Assembly (NCBI GenBank): GCA_951406725.2
Contig: OX597816.1
Location: forward strand, 95,542,001 to 95,606,000
Direction: 5' to 3'
From: Octopus vulgaris
Lineage: Eukaryota
Length of the DNA: 64,000 bases
Of the stretch, positions 12,404-28,539 are shown in pieces. Made by a program: the position numbers and the translations under genes. The notes under the pieces are model-generated. The model was not told the origin of the DNA. It ran no database searches and saw nothing but the letters and a program-made list of their open reading frames with translations. Each line of letters starts with the position of its first letter. Within the stretch, counting starts at the first letter, position 1.

Positions 12404-13571
12404 TATATAAAACTGAAGTTGTCTGTGTGTGGCAGGTTTGGTAGCCTTCAACCAACACTATCTCCTCCGAGACCCTGCGGTACAAGTTGACCAAAATTGA
12501 CAGTATGATAGAAGAAGGCTTGCTCTTCATTCCGTAGTAGATAAAATTCAAATCGGACCAGGTTAAAACCAAAACTTATTTACATCAAAAAGGTGCTTTT
12601 TTTTCTATGAAAATCGCTATTTTTTACGATTTTTTGACTGCTGTGTCGCCATTTTTCGGTGTATTTCAACCAGAAAAAAATGCTCACTTAAAGAGAATAA
12701 CAAGCTACATAATGCAAAATTTTCAAAAACTTCCAATTCTAAAGGGTCGAAACAAACCCGAGCAACGCCGGGCGATACTGCTAGTTTGCATATATAGGAA
12801 ACAGCGGTCTGTCACCACAGAAAAATAAAATTCATATGTTATAACATAGTTTAGTGTAACAAAGAAGACTTAAATCTCATGAAGGCGACATTAAATGTTA
12901 AACATCGCTTAACATTAGTCTCAAAACTTAGATATCTAATCTTCCATACACAGAGAAACATTGGAGTGCAGAATAAAGCATGATATTCAAAGAGAGGAAG
13001 GAAAACATAATATTTCCATAAACATATTCGAGTATTTGAACTCTTCACCTTGTGATGTTGTTTAAATGCATCAACTACCTAACGTATTTTACCAATAAAC
13101 TGCTGGGAAGACGGAAACTTCTTAAAACAGAAAAACTGATGTTGTTAAAAGGAACATGCACGTAAACAGAACGAAGATCTTTACAAGTCTGTTGTCAGCT
13201 AGTTTTACAACATTACAGACGTAGAGTACATTGCGAACTATATGGAACTGGGCTGACTGAACAGAAATCAATAACGAGAGAAATGAGATAATGTAAATAA
13301 GAAAAATATATACCAAAAACATATTTAAAAAAAGTCTAAAAAATATAAGCAATTCTTTAGATTCATTTTATGGTTGGTAGTATAATGGTTGCGTTTTCAT
13401 CTCATTTACTGAAATTCTAACGAAAACGTTCCTATGAGAGGTAGTTCTAAGATTAATCAAATATTGAGTTAGAGGATGTCTTCGGAAGCTGAAATAGATT
13501 CGTTCATCTTAGGATTAGTCAGATATAAGTGAAATACAATATAATGAAGGTATTAAGAAACGTATTCACGT

Positions 13572-15030
<1,459 letters not shown>

Positions 15031-15352
15031 AAGAAAACTCTCTCATTCGGATAATCCTACTTGAGACTTTCTTTGCTGGTTCACTTAACATTCTCTGACT
15101 TATTATTTCTTATTTTTTATTTTTGTCTAAAATAAAGACGAAAGAATATCTTTTGATAGCTCTACAGCAGGAAATATACTGTGAACATATTGATTCAGGT
15201 TTCTCTTCGTTCATGTAAAAGTAGATATTTTCACTATACTCTTTTTTAGAACTTACAACTCTGGTGTACCGGACATGTAACTGTGACGATAACAGTTCAT
15301 CCATTCTTCATATCAATATTGTGTTTGTGATTGTATGCCTGAGCGCGCGCGC

Positions 15353-15422
<70 letters not shown>

Positions 15423-16180
15423 ATGTGTGTGTGTGTGCGTGTACGTGAGTGTATGTGTGTAACAGCGATGAAAATACAGACGACAACATTAGTTGACGGA
15501 ATTTCCTTAGATGTATACTGTGTTCTGCTGAGGGTCTACAGTTCACCAATATCAATAGTAGCAGTAGTATAAAACATATTGATGTTTCGTTAGCCTATAA
15601 TAATGTCTCATCGGCCAGGATAGGTTACGCTGTGAGCGCGCGCGCACATGTGTGTGTGTGTGTGCGTGTGTATATGTACGTATGTGTTTTTGCAGAATAC
15701 GTTATACGTATGTGTACAAGGTATGCTATCGTATCGGTATATATAATGCAGGATGGTTTGTCCTATAATTTGTAATTATGCAAGATGTATTATAGAACAA
15801 ATTAGGTTATAATTGTTCAGTTTGTCGGGTACTGCTTCACTGTTTCATTTATAAGATATTTAATTATGTATCAGTTTGTAGGACATATAAGGAAATTAAT
15901 ATCATAACAGGAAATAGAAATATATTTTTTGGATAAAATTTAGCTGGTGCGTGGTTAGAGAAAAATGTTAGTATATGTCAGTAAAATATACGTGTAGCCT
16001 AATTTCACAGGAGTGTATCTTTTGGATGATAGAGGAAGTAGTCACCCATAATGTAATATATAGGGTGTTTGAAATCAGCTATGTTCCCATCTTCTATCCA
16101 AGATTAATACTGTCTTCTATATAATTTATATTAAAATCTTGATTTTAGATGTATGTATTTATGTATGTATCCATGAATGC

Positions 16181-16243
<63 letters not shown>

Positions 16244-16254
16244 TACATATATTT

Positions 16255-16311
<57 letters not shown>

Positions 16312-16381
16312 AATATGTACTCACACATATAAATATGAACACGCACATACATAAATATTGTATTGCATACATGGTTAAATG

Positions 16382-16535
<154 letters not shown>

Positions 16536-16724
16536 ATCGAATGTATGAAAATGATCGTTCCCCAGCTTTACATTAAAGGGAGAAAACTGTTTCTAATCAC
16601 TAGACTCGGATGGTAGCCCTTCAGAAAATTTGAAATGTATTAGTAGCAAGTAAGTGATTTAAAAGAAAATATTAACATGATATTCTGTAATACAACAGTG
16701 AATAATATTAGTTCGTCCGTTATT

Positions 16725-17082
16725 GTCGACGTTGACAAGGGCATTAGATGGGGAAAGAAGATGGTATAAGGTGTGGCCGGTTGTGACCAATCAGTTTGGA
16801 AAGCCCTGCCGCAGGTCGGGCACTGTTTTCTTGGGATTGAAGGCATGGAGTTGACTCTGTACTTATGTATTCATATTTTCTTTGTACCCCTGTTATCCTC
16901 TTCTGTGCGCACGAGGTGATACCTCTGCTGGTGCACTTTCAGCAGGCAGGGCGATCATGTGCTTGCATTTCCCAGGTGTCGTAGGTGATGTCAAAGGTTT
17001 TCAGGGAAGCTTTCATTGATCGTATCCTTGAAGCGCCTTTTCAGTCCATTTTGCGTGCAGCTTCCTTCTGTCAGATCGCTGT
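16725..17082 (-). mobile_element. RTE-clade LINE 3' fragment
   Basis: Remnants of L..G.....G.KRRFKDT, TWE..A.DR and a terminal CPTCGRAF zinc finger. Confidence 0.75.
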
Positions 17083-17099
17083 GATATATATATATGTTG

Positions 17100-19260
17100 G
17101 AAAATAATATTTACTATGAGAAGATAGTACAATAAAAACCACAAAAGACACTTTAAAACTTATCCTCCTTACTTCAAACACATGGAAAAGGCCTCACTAA
17201 AAGTGAAATTGTCTATTTATTAAATTTTAAATACAGACCTAGTCTATTCTACGGATTACCTAAAATACACAGAAATCTACATATTTGTAAAGCTTGCAAA
17301 GTTTCTCCAAGCCTATGCATTAATGTCCCACCCCCTACTGACTTCAAACTGAGACCCATCATTACTGGCCCTGCTTTTGAAACCCACCGTTTGAGCAACT
17401 TCCTCGACATCCTACTCAAACCGCTTCTAAAATATGTGAAAGGCTTAACCACCCCCAGAAGACAATAAATGAAGGAACCATGTTTGTATCATTCGATGTG
17501 GTGAATCTCTACACCAATATCCCACACGATTATGGTATAGAAGCCATCATCTTCTGACTAGAAAAATACCCAGAAGAGATCCCAGGACGCATCAACCACA
17601 GATTCATAATCGCAGCACTCAAATTCATTCTATTGAACAACAATTTCATGTTCGATACAGTTTATTATCGACAAAAATGTGGAACTCCAATGGGAACCCG
17701 AGCTGCTTCAGTGATTATCAACCATGTAATGGGTTACCTAGTACTTAAAATATACCAATCATCACAAAAATATGGCACCTCATTCCATTTCTATTTAAAA
17801 GAGAACTGTAAAAGGTATTTGGACGATTGCTCTATACTTTGGAAAGATAGCATAGACAAACTCTTCGATTTAAAAATAATGCTTAACAATGTTAATAGCA
17901 ACATACAATTCACCACGGAGCACGGCAGTAAACAACTCCCTTTCTTGAGATCCTAATTAAAATAGTCAATAACCACATCGAAAGAGACATCTTCTATAAT
18001 ACTACAGATTCTAAGCAATAACTATTATTCAACTCATGCCACCCCAAACACATAAAAAATAATATACCTTATAATCTAGCGAAAAGAATATGTACCATAG
18101 TTTCGGACACCGGTACACGTGAATGAAAACTCCTTGAACTCAGATCAATACTAATCAAAAGACATTACCCAATATCATTAATAAATGATGGCATTAAACG
18201 ACTATGAAATAAATATACGAACATTAAGGGAAGTCAACCGAAATACTATACCAGACTTTAAAATAGTCCCATACATCTCCACACATAACCCTAGGAACAA
18301 TGAAACCTTCAACATTATCATCCAAAATCTACCCATCCTCACAGAAGATAAAACGATGAACAAAATTTTAGGCTCACACAAAATTAACAAAAGCAAAATG
18401 CAACCGAAATCATTGAAAACATTTTAACCAGCGCAAGACTGTATCCATTAACAGCGGAACCAAAAGTGAAAAAACGTGGTCGATGTAACTGTGGTACATG
18501 CCCCCCACCTTTTGGATGGTTCAGAATTCCATTTTAAACAAGGTGAAATATTTAAGATTAAATCAAATTTCACCTGTGCCTTGGAAAACCTAATGTATGC
18601 TTAGGGTGTGATAATCGTTATATTGGCCAAACAGGAATATCACTCCGTCGAAGAACCACTCTCCACAAAGAACAAATCCGACACCCACAATACAGACAGA
18701 TACAGGTCAGTGAACACATAGAAAGGTGTGATAGAAACCTTAATCCTAATTTCTTAATTTTCCTCTTCTATTTATGTTCACAGGACACCCCGGTATAGTA
18801 AAGAACGAATAAAGAGGTAACTTTCATCAATAAATATCTTCCACAGCTCTATATGAACACATAACTTAATACAAAACACTAATAACCTTTCAATTAATAC
18901 CACTAACCCCCATACATGCCATACACCATTCACATTACAGATTTATATCTACCCTAATTGCACCAAATCCAGAACTACTTACCTCCCTTACACATAATCT
19001 TTTTACTTAGGCACTAGTAGACCCGATACCGTTCGGTAATCGGTGCGCATTCAAAGCAGTGATCAGATATTTTACGAAACCGTTATGCCTTTGAATCTCT
19101 TTAACAGTTCACAATAATGACTTTTATTACTTTTATTCCTGACTCAGTTCATCTAATTGCATATAAAAAGCTTTTACTTTTCTTGATTTCCAATGTGCAT
19201 CTTCGTTTCTTCTTCTTACTTTCCCCTTACATTTCCATGTATACTTTCTATTTTCTCTTT

Positions 19261-19328
<68 letters not shown>

Positions 19329-19600
19329 TGCTTTTGTTACCAACTTTAACCCTCTGCAAATCCCAAGTTTGATTTAATTTAATTTGCGGGAACGACTGAT
19401 TTGACGAAGACCCATCTTGTCCAAACGCTCGAAATACGGAGTAGATAAAACAGTGGACAAATTATGAAGAGATTGTTTTTTATGTTGCCTGACTCGCTTT
19501 TCTAGTTGTTTCTTACGTTGTTCGAAAAAAAAATTCATTTTCTATGTTCTTGTATTTCATGTTCTTGTTTTTCATGTTGTTCGCAATTTTTTGACGTTCT
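17100..19600 (+). mobile_element. Penelope-like element, Neptune type, 5'-truncated, with 3' pseudo-LTR region
   Basis: RT motifs FYGLPKIH, LRPII, FDVVNLYTNIPH, GTPMGT and RYLDD, a Cys-rich linker (CGRCNCGTC) and GIY-YIG (YIGQTG...R...H). Bounded by (TA)n. Confidence 0.92.
17185..18864 (+). pseudogene. PLE reverse transcriptase-GIY-YIG polyprotein pseudogene
   Basis: ORF pieces 17633-17956 and 18185-18427 plus manual translation. Multiple stops and frameshifts; terminal TAA at 18862-18864. Confidence 0.9.
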
Positions 19601-21249
19601 GTACCCATATATGCATATGCATATACATATATATATATATATATCTACCTGTATGTGTATATATGCATATATATATATATATATCTTATTTATATTATAT
19701 ATATATGTATATATGTATATATATATATATACATACATATCATTCACTTCCTATACATACATCTCCATTCGTTATGCATGTGTGTGTATATATATTAATT
19801 CAGTCACTTCCTGTTCATACCGTTCCATTTGTTTTTCATATATTCAGTCGCATTACTCTATTCCCTCTCTACATAGAGCTGACTACCGGAAATAAATCAT
19901 AGAGATAATCTATTGATGAAATATAACGTAGTGTGTTATCCTATAACAACGTATATAAATTATTGATAATTGAGTGAAAATTTTACAGTAAAGTGCAATC
20001 TAATATAGCAGATACGTACTCTTCTGTGGACCAGCTAATCAGAATATTGTTTTTACTCTGAAGCAATGCATAGCGTCGAAGACGGGGTACGATGTCGTGT
20101 AGTGCTTGACAATCAGGTGACATGTAAGTACACTGAAGATTACTCATTTAATTATACATCGCATAAAGACAACATCTCTAACTTTTGGGTGGTATCATTT
20201 TTTCCATATTAAGTCTCTAATTACAATATTTTCAAATGCCATTTTTGTATTTCCTATCACAGTAATTCAGTCATTGAGGAAACACTAGCGGAGGCGGGGA
20301 AATACCAAGCAGATTTTAAACAGTCTTACTGACTATCTAGTGAAAGCGTTCGATAATCTCTCCACGGAAATTCAGTTCGTTAAGAAAGTAATTCAAAACA
20401 AACAAAGTAAAAATGCTACACTTTAACAGAAACAGTCCTGTTGAGTAACTTAAGTATAAATACACCCGTGGATCTCCTTATTGTAGAAATCTGTCAATTA
20501 TATTAAACTACTTCAATTTTAATTAACCCAGTTGTTTCATTATACGATACCTCGAAAATACCAATCCTATCACTGACTATTTCCACTTCACTTTTGACCA
20601 TCGCCGCCACCTCCATCACCATCATGTCCCCGCCTACCATTACACTGTCAAATTTCAAACCTCTTATCAATCTGCCTTTGTTTTCGATTCATCCTTTTGT
20701 TCAGTTGCTTTATCTTTCGGTTTTCTTTCTTTTATCATTTTAGTTTTCCTTTCTTCCATGTTCCCTCTCTTTCTTCCATTTTTATCAGTTTCATTTCTTA
20801 TGTTATTCATTATATTTTGCTATTTTTCAGTCCTAATTATGTTGCATAGGATATCTACAGCTCGACTAATCTCTTTGCCTCCCCTTCTTCTTCTTCTTCT
20901 TCTTCTTCTTCTTCTTCTTCTTCTTCTTCTTCTTCTTCTTCTTCTTCTTCTTCTTCTTCTTCTTCTTCTTCTTCTTCTTCTTCTTCTTCTTCTTCTTCTT
21001 CTTCTTCTCCTTCTTCTTCTTCTTCTTCTTCTTCTTCTTCTTCTTTTGATATATCTTTGGCCTTTTTATTGTCCTGTTTCTTCTTGTCATATTACCAGCA
21101 TCATTACCACTACAGCTACAATCTTCATAAACATCACCATCTCTAACGCCATTAATACAATCACATCTCCTCCGCCACATCATCATCATCATCATCGTCA
21201 CCACCATTATCATAATAATCACTCAATGATGAAATGGGAGACCATCAGG

Positions 21250-22560
21250 TGCTGGACATGATGTACCATAATCTTAATTCAATGGCTATTAGGTTTGCGA
21301 TAAAATTAATCTTGCCAGTATCGATAAAATGCGTTGCAGCATTTTGTTAATTTGAAACCTGCCAGAGTTGGTTTCGTTTTCACCTCTACAGTATTGGAAA
21401 ATGTGGTACCCATGCTCCTTGTAGAATCTACCGGACAGATGTGGTTGATGTTTGTTCTGAATATCTATTGGCACATATTTGCAAAAAGACCTTCAGTTAC
21501 GAAGAAACATCATGGCCAAGATCTAAAGCGGTAGGATTGGGAGAAATATTTTGTGAATATTCTGACGAAAGATTTAAGGGTTACGAAAGTGGGAAAAGCG
21601 GATAGATCGCATGGGCCATCTACGCTTATATGGAGGGGGATAAGCAGTTCAGAAGAGACAAATGGTACCCAGTATATTTCTGATATTTAAAGCAACAAAC
21701 AATAGACTTCCAATATCCCGATGGCCAGTCATTTTTAGCGTTTTGGTTTCATTGATTAGTGGTCTGTGAATGTGGATTTTGTCAAGTCTATAATATTATG
21801 TAACGGACTCCTTTGGATTCTTTATAATTGCTTATAAATTTTGTGAAGATAATGATTACTTGGATCAAGTAGAACTTGCATAGTCTATGACAGAAATAAT
21901 GTATGGCTTGTGTACCGTCGGACAGCGGTGACAAGCACGTGCATCGGCTCATTTATTACCGCATGATCATTATGCCTTGCTCCAGTTAGCATCTGGTGAG
22001 ATAAGTGCCTTTTCTCCTTCTCACTGAAGGTATACACTGACATTGCAGAATCTGGAGGAGGTCTTCGACTATGAGTGAGCATGTGTGGCTGCCATTTCTT
22101 AAACCTACTTTCGTACATCTAATCGATCTGTTTCACGGAGGTGCGAACCACGGTTCGTATTAACCCAAATCTAGGTATCATTTATCTGTTACAATTCGTC
22201 AGAATTCGTGTAAATGCGACAGATGGAACTTCGTAAACTTGCTTTGTATAGAGTATTTATGAAAGCTAAAAGCGACGACGTTCTTGACCAGATTCAGGAC
22301 ATCGACGAACATCAACCGGGCAATGTACTCCTGTGGACTTTTAGAACAATTACCATTTCAGTAATTCTAGTTTCGGCTGTACGTTCAGAGAAGGGAGTGA
22401 TTGTACAACAGTACTGCTTGAGATGCATATATATTATGAAAATCACTCAGTCAATTTCAGTTGCTTGCGACGGACAGACAGTTTTCATCTGCCAGTGAAA
22501 GAGATTGTAGAGTGTAGAAACTGGGAGGAACTGAGCAAAGATACTTTCTTTACCAGTTAA
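21250..22560. mobile_element. Highly decayed L1/Tx1-like LINE fragments
   Basis: Only faint peptide remnants (e.g. GQDLK..WE on + near 21515). Composition differs from the flanks. Confidence 0.3.
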
Positions 22561-23001
22561 ACTCTCGTTAACTTTCTTTTAGTGCTTCTTTGAGTGGAAG
22601 ATTTGTAGAAGGAGATTCTGCCTTCAAATACATTTGCTAAACAGTAGATGATTTTAGTGCATATTTCCTATGTGATTCAAGCAACTTTCCACATTCTGTT
22701 TCAGAGCGATTACTGTAAATTGGAAAGAGAATTTGTATTTTCTAATAAGAATAATCTGATATCTAGGATTTATCACACACCAGCGCCATGATTTTCAAAT
22801 AGAACAAAATTTGTGCCCAGAGCCTGAGATGGCTTGCAGACAAAAGGCACATTATAAAATTCTGAGTGACCACCTGTTTCAATGACAAGAAACTATTAGT
22901 ACCTCTTATTTTAATAGAGTACATTAAATTATATTTACCTCTCACTGGATGACTATTATTGATGATCCTACTTTAATGTAACAGTAGACTATGTACAAAC
23001 A

Positions 23002-23036
<35 letters not shown>

Positions 23037-24418
23037 TGTTGCTTTACGTGTCCGCTGTTTTTCATGTCGTGTTGTAAAACACCAACTGTTCTCTTATTTT
23101 TCCCTCTTATATATCCCTAAACATTCGGTCCATATAATTGTTGCAGAATCATTAGAGCATCGGATGAAATGCCTTGCGGCTCATTATATTGTGATTTAAA
23201 ATTCCGCTTAGGACAACTTTGCCTTTGAGACCTGTGTCATTAATTGACACAGATTTGAATTAATTTAGAGGGTTAAATTGTATCCTAAGGTGATTGCTTT
23301 CTTGGAGGTCCCGGCAGATATTATCATTACCTTTCTAATTCTTTAAATAATTTTAAATTGTCTTCAACACATTGGGAAACATTTCTGTAGGTGTTTGAAG
23401 GGTTGCATCAAAAGCAGCAAAATAACAGAAATGGTAAAAATTTGGACCTAATGCATTGCAGTATTTAATGCGCTCTGTCTACTTTTCAATTCACATATCT
23501 GCTGAAATAGTCTTTCATCTTTCTGCTCTATTTGCATTTCCCCACATCAAATAAAACAAATATGTACCTACCCCGCTTCATGATGCTGCTGGTGATGATA
23601 AAACAATGATAATGATCGTTATCATCATTATCGTTATCATCATCCTCCTCAACAGTATCAGCAACTGTATTATCATCATCGTAATCCTTCAACCATCATA
23701 ATGTGGCCACTCGCCGACGATTATATATTTTTTTACATCTTTATTTACCCTCTCTTCTAACACTGTTAATGGCGTCAAATTTCTTCACCAGCTCTACAGC
23801 TCCCGCACACATTACTACAATACCACCTTAAGACATAACCCCACAGCTGTTCGGGTCACATAAATTTTATTACTATCGATTAGTTTACACTCTACAATTG
23901 TACAACAGTCACCATTTCTTGCCAGTATGTATTTTGTTTGCTAGTCATAACTAATACTGTTGATTTTACGCTTTGCATTCAGTTGACACTAATGATGGAA
24001 TGATCTGCGTATTTACCGAGTACAATCTGTTGTTTCAACGACAAATACATCTCACCGAGATTTTCATTGATCTTCTCCAAAACGGTGTTTGATCCGGTGT
24101 ATTGAAAGCATTTATTTTGAATCAATAGCTCATGAACCATCGTCTTTTAATGAAAAGAAAAGTTGTTTTATTTTATTCACGTACACATACATGGTTTTGT
24201 TGTTGTGAGGCAATTGCAGAAAGGAAAATGAAAAAAAAAATCAATAATGTTAATAGTTCTCACAATGTTAAACAATTTTCTGAATAATAACTCGTTTTAA
24301 AACAAACACATACACATACATATGCACGCACATGGATTTACAGATTTACATAAAAACACACACAAATATATACATATATTCAAATGCAGACAGACGTGCG
24401 CACGTACACGCACACGCA

Positions 24419-24456
<38 letters not shown>

Positions 24457-25419
24457 TATCAACCATGTTGTTGAAAATTATCAACAAATATACTAAGGTA
24501 CTTCCTATTTTTTTAAATATATTAACATGTCTATGATTTACACAGACGTAAAATGCTTGACATTAATTCAGTTAAAGTCTATTGCAGCTTCTAATGCAAT
24601 AAATTTAAACTATTAAAACCGTAATATATATAAAAATAAGCAAGAAATACTACCCAATCAGCCTAACTCTATAAAAATTTAATTTCCTCGATGTACACAA
24701 CTCACATATTTCTTCTGGTATAGAAACAAAGCTATCTCCACCATATTGTCAAAATACTTCTCGTATCATATTGACTGAATAGTAGACAACCCTACAGTCA
24801 AGTGTATATTGGCTGCATTATCAGTTTGTGAGCAAGCTTCTACTGGTCAATATCTTGAATAAGACGTAAATTTTGTTTTTATGAGCATACAAGAATTAAC
24901 CTCCAGCAAAATCGTGTCTCAAATATATTACAATAAAAACTGGTTAAAGACCATCGAGAATCATAAAATCTGGCACTAAAAGTTAAGCATATTGTGCACG
25001 ACTTCAAAATATTGCCTTAGTCATTTTCTTTGTGTCCTCTCTTTGTATTTCAGTTCCAGATACGATGTTCTTCCGTAATATATTTGTGTCTCAATTGCTT
25101 TAATGATCAGCTTATCTATAAGCAAATAACGAAGCGAAAAAATTAATTTCACATGCCATTTGGTCATGTAAATGCTACTATATGATGGTGTTAAACGTTT
25201 AAATTTACAGGCTGGACATACAATCAACCGGCGGATTTAGTCTTGCATGCAAAAATATAAATTCAAATGCCTATACACATACTTTTCAGAACTCTTAGTC
25301 CGTAGTCCTTAACCAGAGAGAAGAATTACAACCACACATAGCAGCTCCTCAGTGCAAAAGTCTATAATATTAACAGCGGTATTCTTACTGATCGAGTGAG
25401 TAAATGGTAAAGGGTAGAG

Positions 25420-25735
25420 ACCCATGAGTGACCATGGGATTGCACCTAAAATGTTCGGCACAAGTTCGGAAAAAGTTGCTTATGGAAGACCAACAATCGC
25501 CCTTGCATACCAGCCTCCCTCTCCACGCCACCGATATTATTCAAGGAAAAGTCAAAGGTTGGTACAACTTGGCACCAGTGACATAGCAACTCAATCTACA
25601 GCTGAGTGATCTGGGGCGGCGTGAAATAAAGTGCCTTGCTCAGAGACACGACACACAATCTGGTCTGGGAATCAAACTGACTACCTACTGCTTGTGAGCC
25701 TGACGTTCTAACCATTGAGCCATACATCTTCACCA
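25420..25735 (-). mobile_element. tRNA-derived SINE (third family)
   Basis: Minus strand head TGGCTCAATGGTTAGAACGTCAGGCTCACAAG..GTTTGATTCCCAGACC with A and B boxes, related to 57670-57972. Confidence 0.8.
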
Positions 25736-26126
25736 ATCAGGATTAGTATACTTTGATAATTAAGTGCTGTAATACCGAAAATACTAACCGAAACACATTT
25801 AACTTCAGGCATTCTTGCAAAATTTTAATTACCAACTAATCACCATTAGTATTTGGTAATTCTATCTACCACATCTCCTGAAGTAGTCAATTTTACATTC
25901 CTTGCCTTTCAATAAATATTGTTATATATCTTCAGCTATTAAGATATTCCCGCAATTAATTTTTTCTCCTTGTTACAATTTTAACTCATATCATTCATTA
26001 CTTTTTTAACTGGTAATATTCCAGTTATCACTCTTTATTTACTTCTCTTTGGCAATTTCAATTTTCATCAGCAATAACTTGCATTCAGCTATGTGTTTAA
26101 ATTTTAATATTATCGTAATTTGAAAA

Positions 26127-26336
26127 GCGGCGAACTGGTAGATTCGTCACTGCTCAAGGCAAAAGTGTTAAGCTGAATTTCGTCTGGTTTTCACGTTCCG
26201 AGTTCAAATTTCACCGAGGTCATCTTTGCCTTTCATCCTCTCGGAGATGAAAATACCAGCTGGTCAGTGGGGTCGATGGGATCGACTTGCCTCCCATCAG
26301 CGAAATTGCTGATCATGTGCCAAAATTTGAAACCAA
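26127..26336 (+). mobile_element. tRNA-derived SINE (family of 2784-3201), diverged
   Basis: GCGGCGAACTGGTAGA head, GAGTTCAAAT B box and TTTCATCCTCTCGG core. Confidence 0.8.
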
Positions 26337-26778
26337 CGTGTGAACCTGCTCTAGGCGGTATGTACAATTAATGGACTTATATTTCTCCCCTTATATTGTG
26401 CTCACTAAGGAAAAAGGCTTAATTTTTGCTTTAATCCAGAAACTGGTAGCAATTCACAATTAACGTGAGATCTTTTTAATTTTCTCTCGCTAGCCCGCTT
26501 TCGGCCATGTGTATATTTAGTTGGGGGTCTTTGGTAGTTTTTTGAAGGTGTTGGCACTTCAAGCATGCTGGAGACAGGTCGTTTTCGCCCTTGCTCCCTT
26601 GATATATACATATGTACATTATTATTAAGTTAATGTACAAATTGCCTATACATTTTTATAACATGCTGACTACTTGATAAAAATGATTAACGTAACTTTT
26701 ATCCTTATATCCTATTATGAATATATTTATATATGTGTGAGTGTGTGTTTGTACGTATATATGAATGTGCATGTCTGC

Positions 26779-26836
<58 letters not shown>

Positions 26837-27428
26837 TGGGCATGCGCTTTAAAACACCATTTCCAAACTGTGAGTAGCAAACTTGTACAACCAGTTTTCT
26901 TGGTAAAAATCAATTAATCGGTACAAAGGACACGAGATATTTTCCGCTTTTCTTTTCAACTCCCCGTACGAAATCAAACCATAAAATACATACGCATTAA
27001 AATTCTTCACACCTCAATAAACAAAACTGACTTTTCCTCATAAAGGCTATGACTGAAAGGAAACAAGGACGAAGAGATGTTCTCTCCAATTTCCTTTCCG
27101 TGCTATCTTTAATATTCTCTTTTTTCCTCCTCATTCCTCATTCTTCTGTTTCACTCCTTTCTTTTCCTTGTCACTTTACTTTTGTATATATTCGCCTGTT
27201 TTTTCTCTCTCTCTCATTTTCCCGTCTCTTTTCCTCTCTCTCTACTATTTTCCTTTTCCTTCTCCCCACTTTTGATTTAGATTTTCCTTTGCCTGCTCTA
27301 AGTCCTGATTTTTTTAATGAGTATTTTTTATCTACACCACTGTTTATAATTTGCCTACAATTAATCAATATGCCCCAATTAAGATGCCTTAAGTGGCATT
27401 TGATACATAGCCTCCACATGTAGACACT

Positions 27429-27483
<55 letters not shown>

Positions 27484-27780
27484 TTAACGAGTGTAGCATG
27501 GAAGACAAGTTAGATATTCAGAAACGCACCAAAACTGTTGACTTCATTTAAAAATATTTATTGTTGTAATATGGTGTAAAACTTTTGGTCACCCAAAACT
27601 GCGACCTAGTTAAAAACAAAATTTGTGACGTAGCACACATTTTATCAATGACCAGGTCGCAGTTTCTAGGGACCAAAGTTTTGACACTATATTACAAAGA
27701 GTGCATATTTAAGTGAAGTTAACGGTCTTGCTGTGTTTCTAAATGACTGATTCGTGTCTTCTGCGCCTCAGTCGTTTTAA
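27484..27780. mobile_element. Old fold-back element with decayed HHR-like motifs in both arms (PLE pLTR inversion-like)
   Basis: Imperfect inverted repeat centred at ~27630, with a GGTC..GACC helix followed by (G)AAAGTTT in each arm. It abuts (TA)n. Confidence 0.5.
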
Positions 27781-28539
27781 TTTCAGCACTTGACCTCAGA
27801 TCAAAACTTTTGACATGCAAATATATCTCACTCAGTTACTCCATATTGCTTAAACTTTCGTACCACATAGGACGCATTCATCATGTTGAATTTTCGAAGA
27901 TAGATTCGTTACTTTGGAATAAGTTCAAAATGGACTTCTATTGGTCAGTGGCAGCCATGAAGTTGTAATGCTATCAAAACGACATCAATTATTTCTTTTA
28001 TCTTTTAAGGTCCCTGTGTTGCTGACAAAAGGTTGGCACCATTTGCTGGTAAGCTGATATTTGATATGTGCAGGAACACCAGTTCCTGGTACTGAACATT
28101 GCAGTTTGTGCTATTAGCAAGGTCATCATCATTCTATGGTGTCTGAGCATAGTGATGTCTGCAGTCGTTACGTGGGAGTAATCGTTTGATGGTTTGGGCT
28201 TACAACTGAGTGCACGTGAAAAACGTGAGTAGGTTGTAGTCTATAAGAACAGTAGGGATTCTATATCTCGCTCTAATCGGAAATGGGCTGCTAGGCATTG
28301 GGAATGAGCTATCCTATTAGTACAGCACACGCACACCTCTGTTAATGAACTTCAGTCCTTTGGTCAACGATAATTCAAATATATCATCCTAGACCCAGAC
28401 GCTTCTCCAAAGGCGAACGGTTAAGTTACGGAATGTAAACAAACCAATATCACTTGTCAGGTTGAGTGGAAACAAACACAAAGGCAATCACACACATAGA
28501 TACAAACTTTCCCTACCTCCCTCTCCCTCTCTTTCATTC

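Larger units (their letters stand above)
11264..12784 (+). mobile_element. Non-autonomous Helitron interrupted by a mariner 8 bp from its 5' end
   Basis: A|TCTATATA...TATATAAAACTG 5' end, 3' hairpin CCCGAGCAACGCCGGG then CTAG|T. The termini are shared with 54449-54972. Confidence 0.8.
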
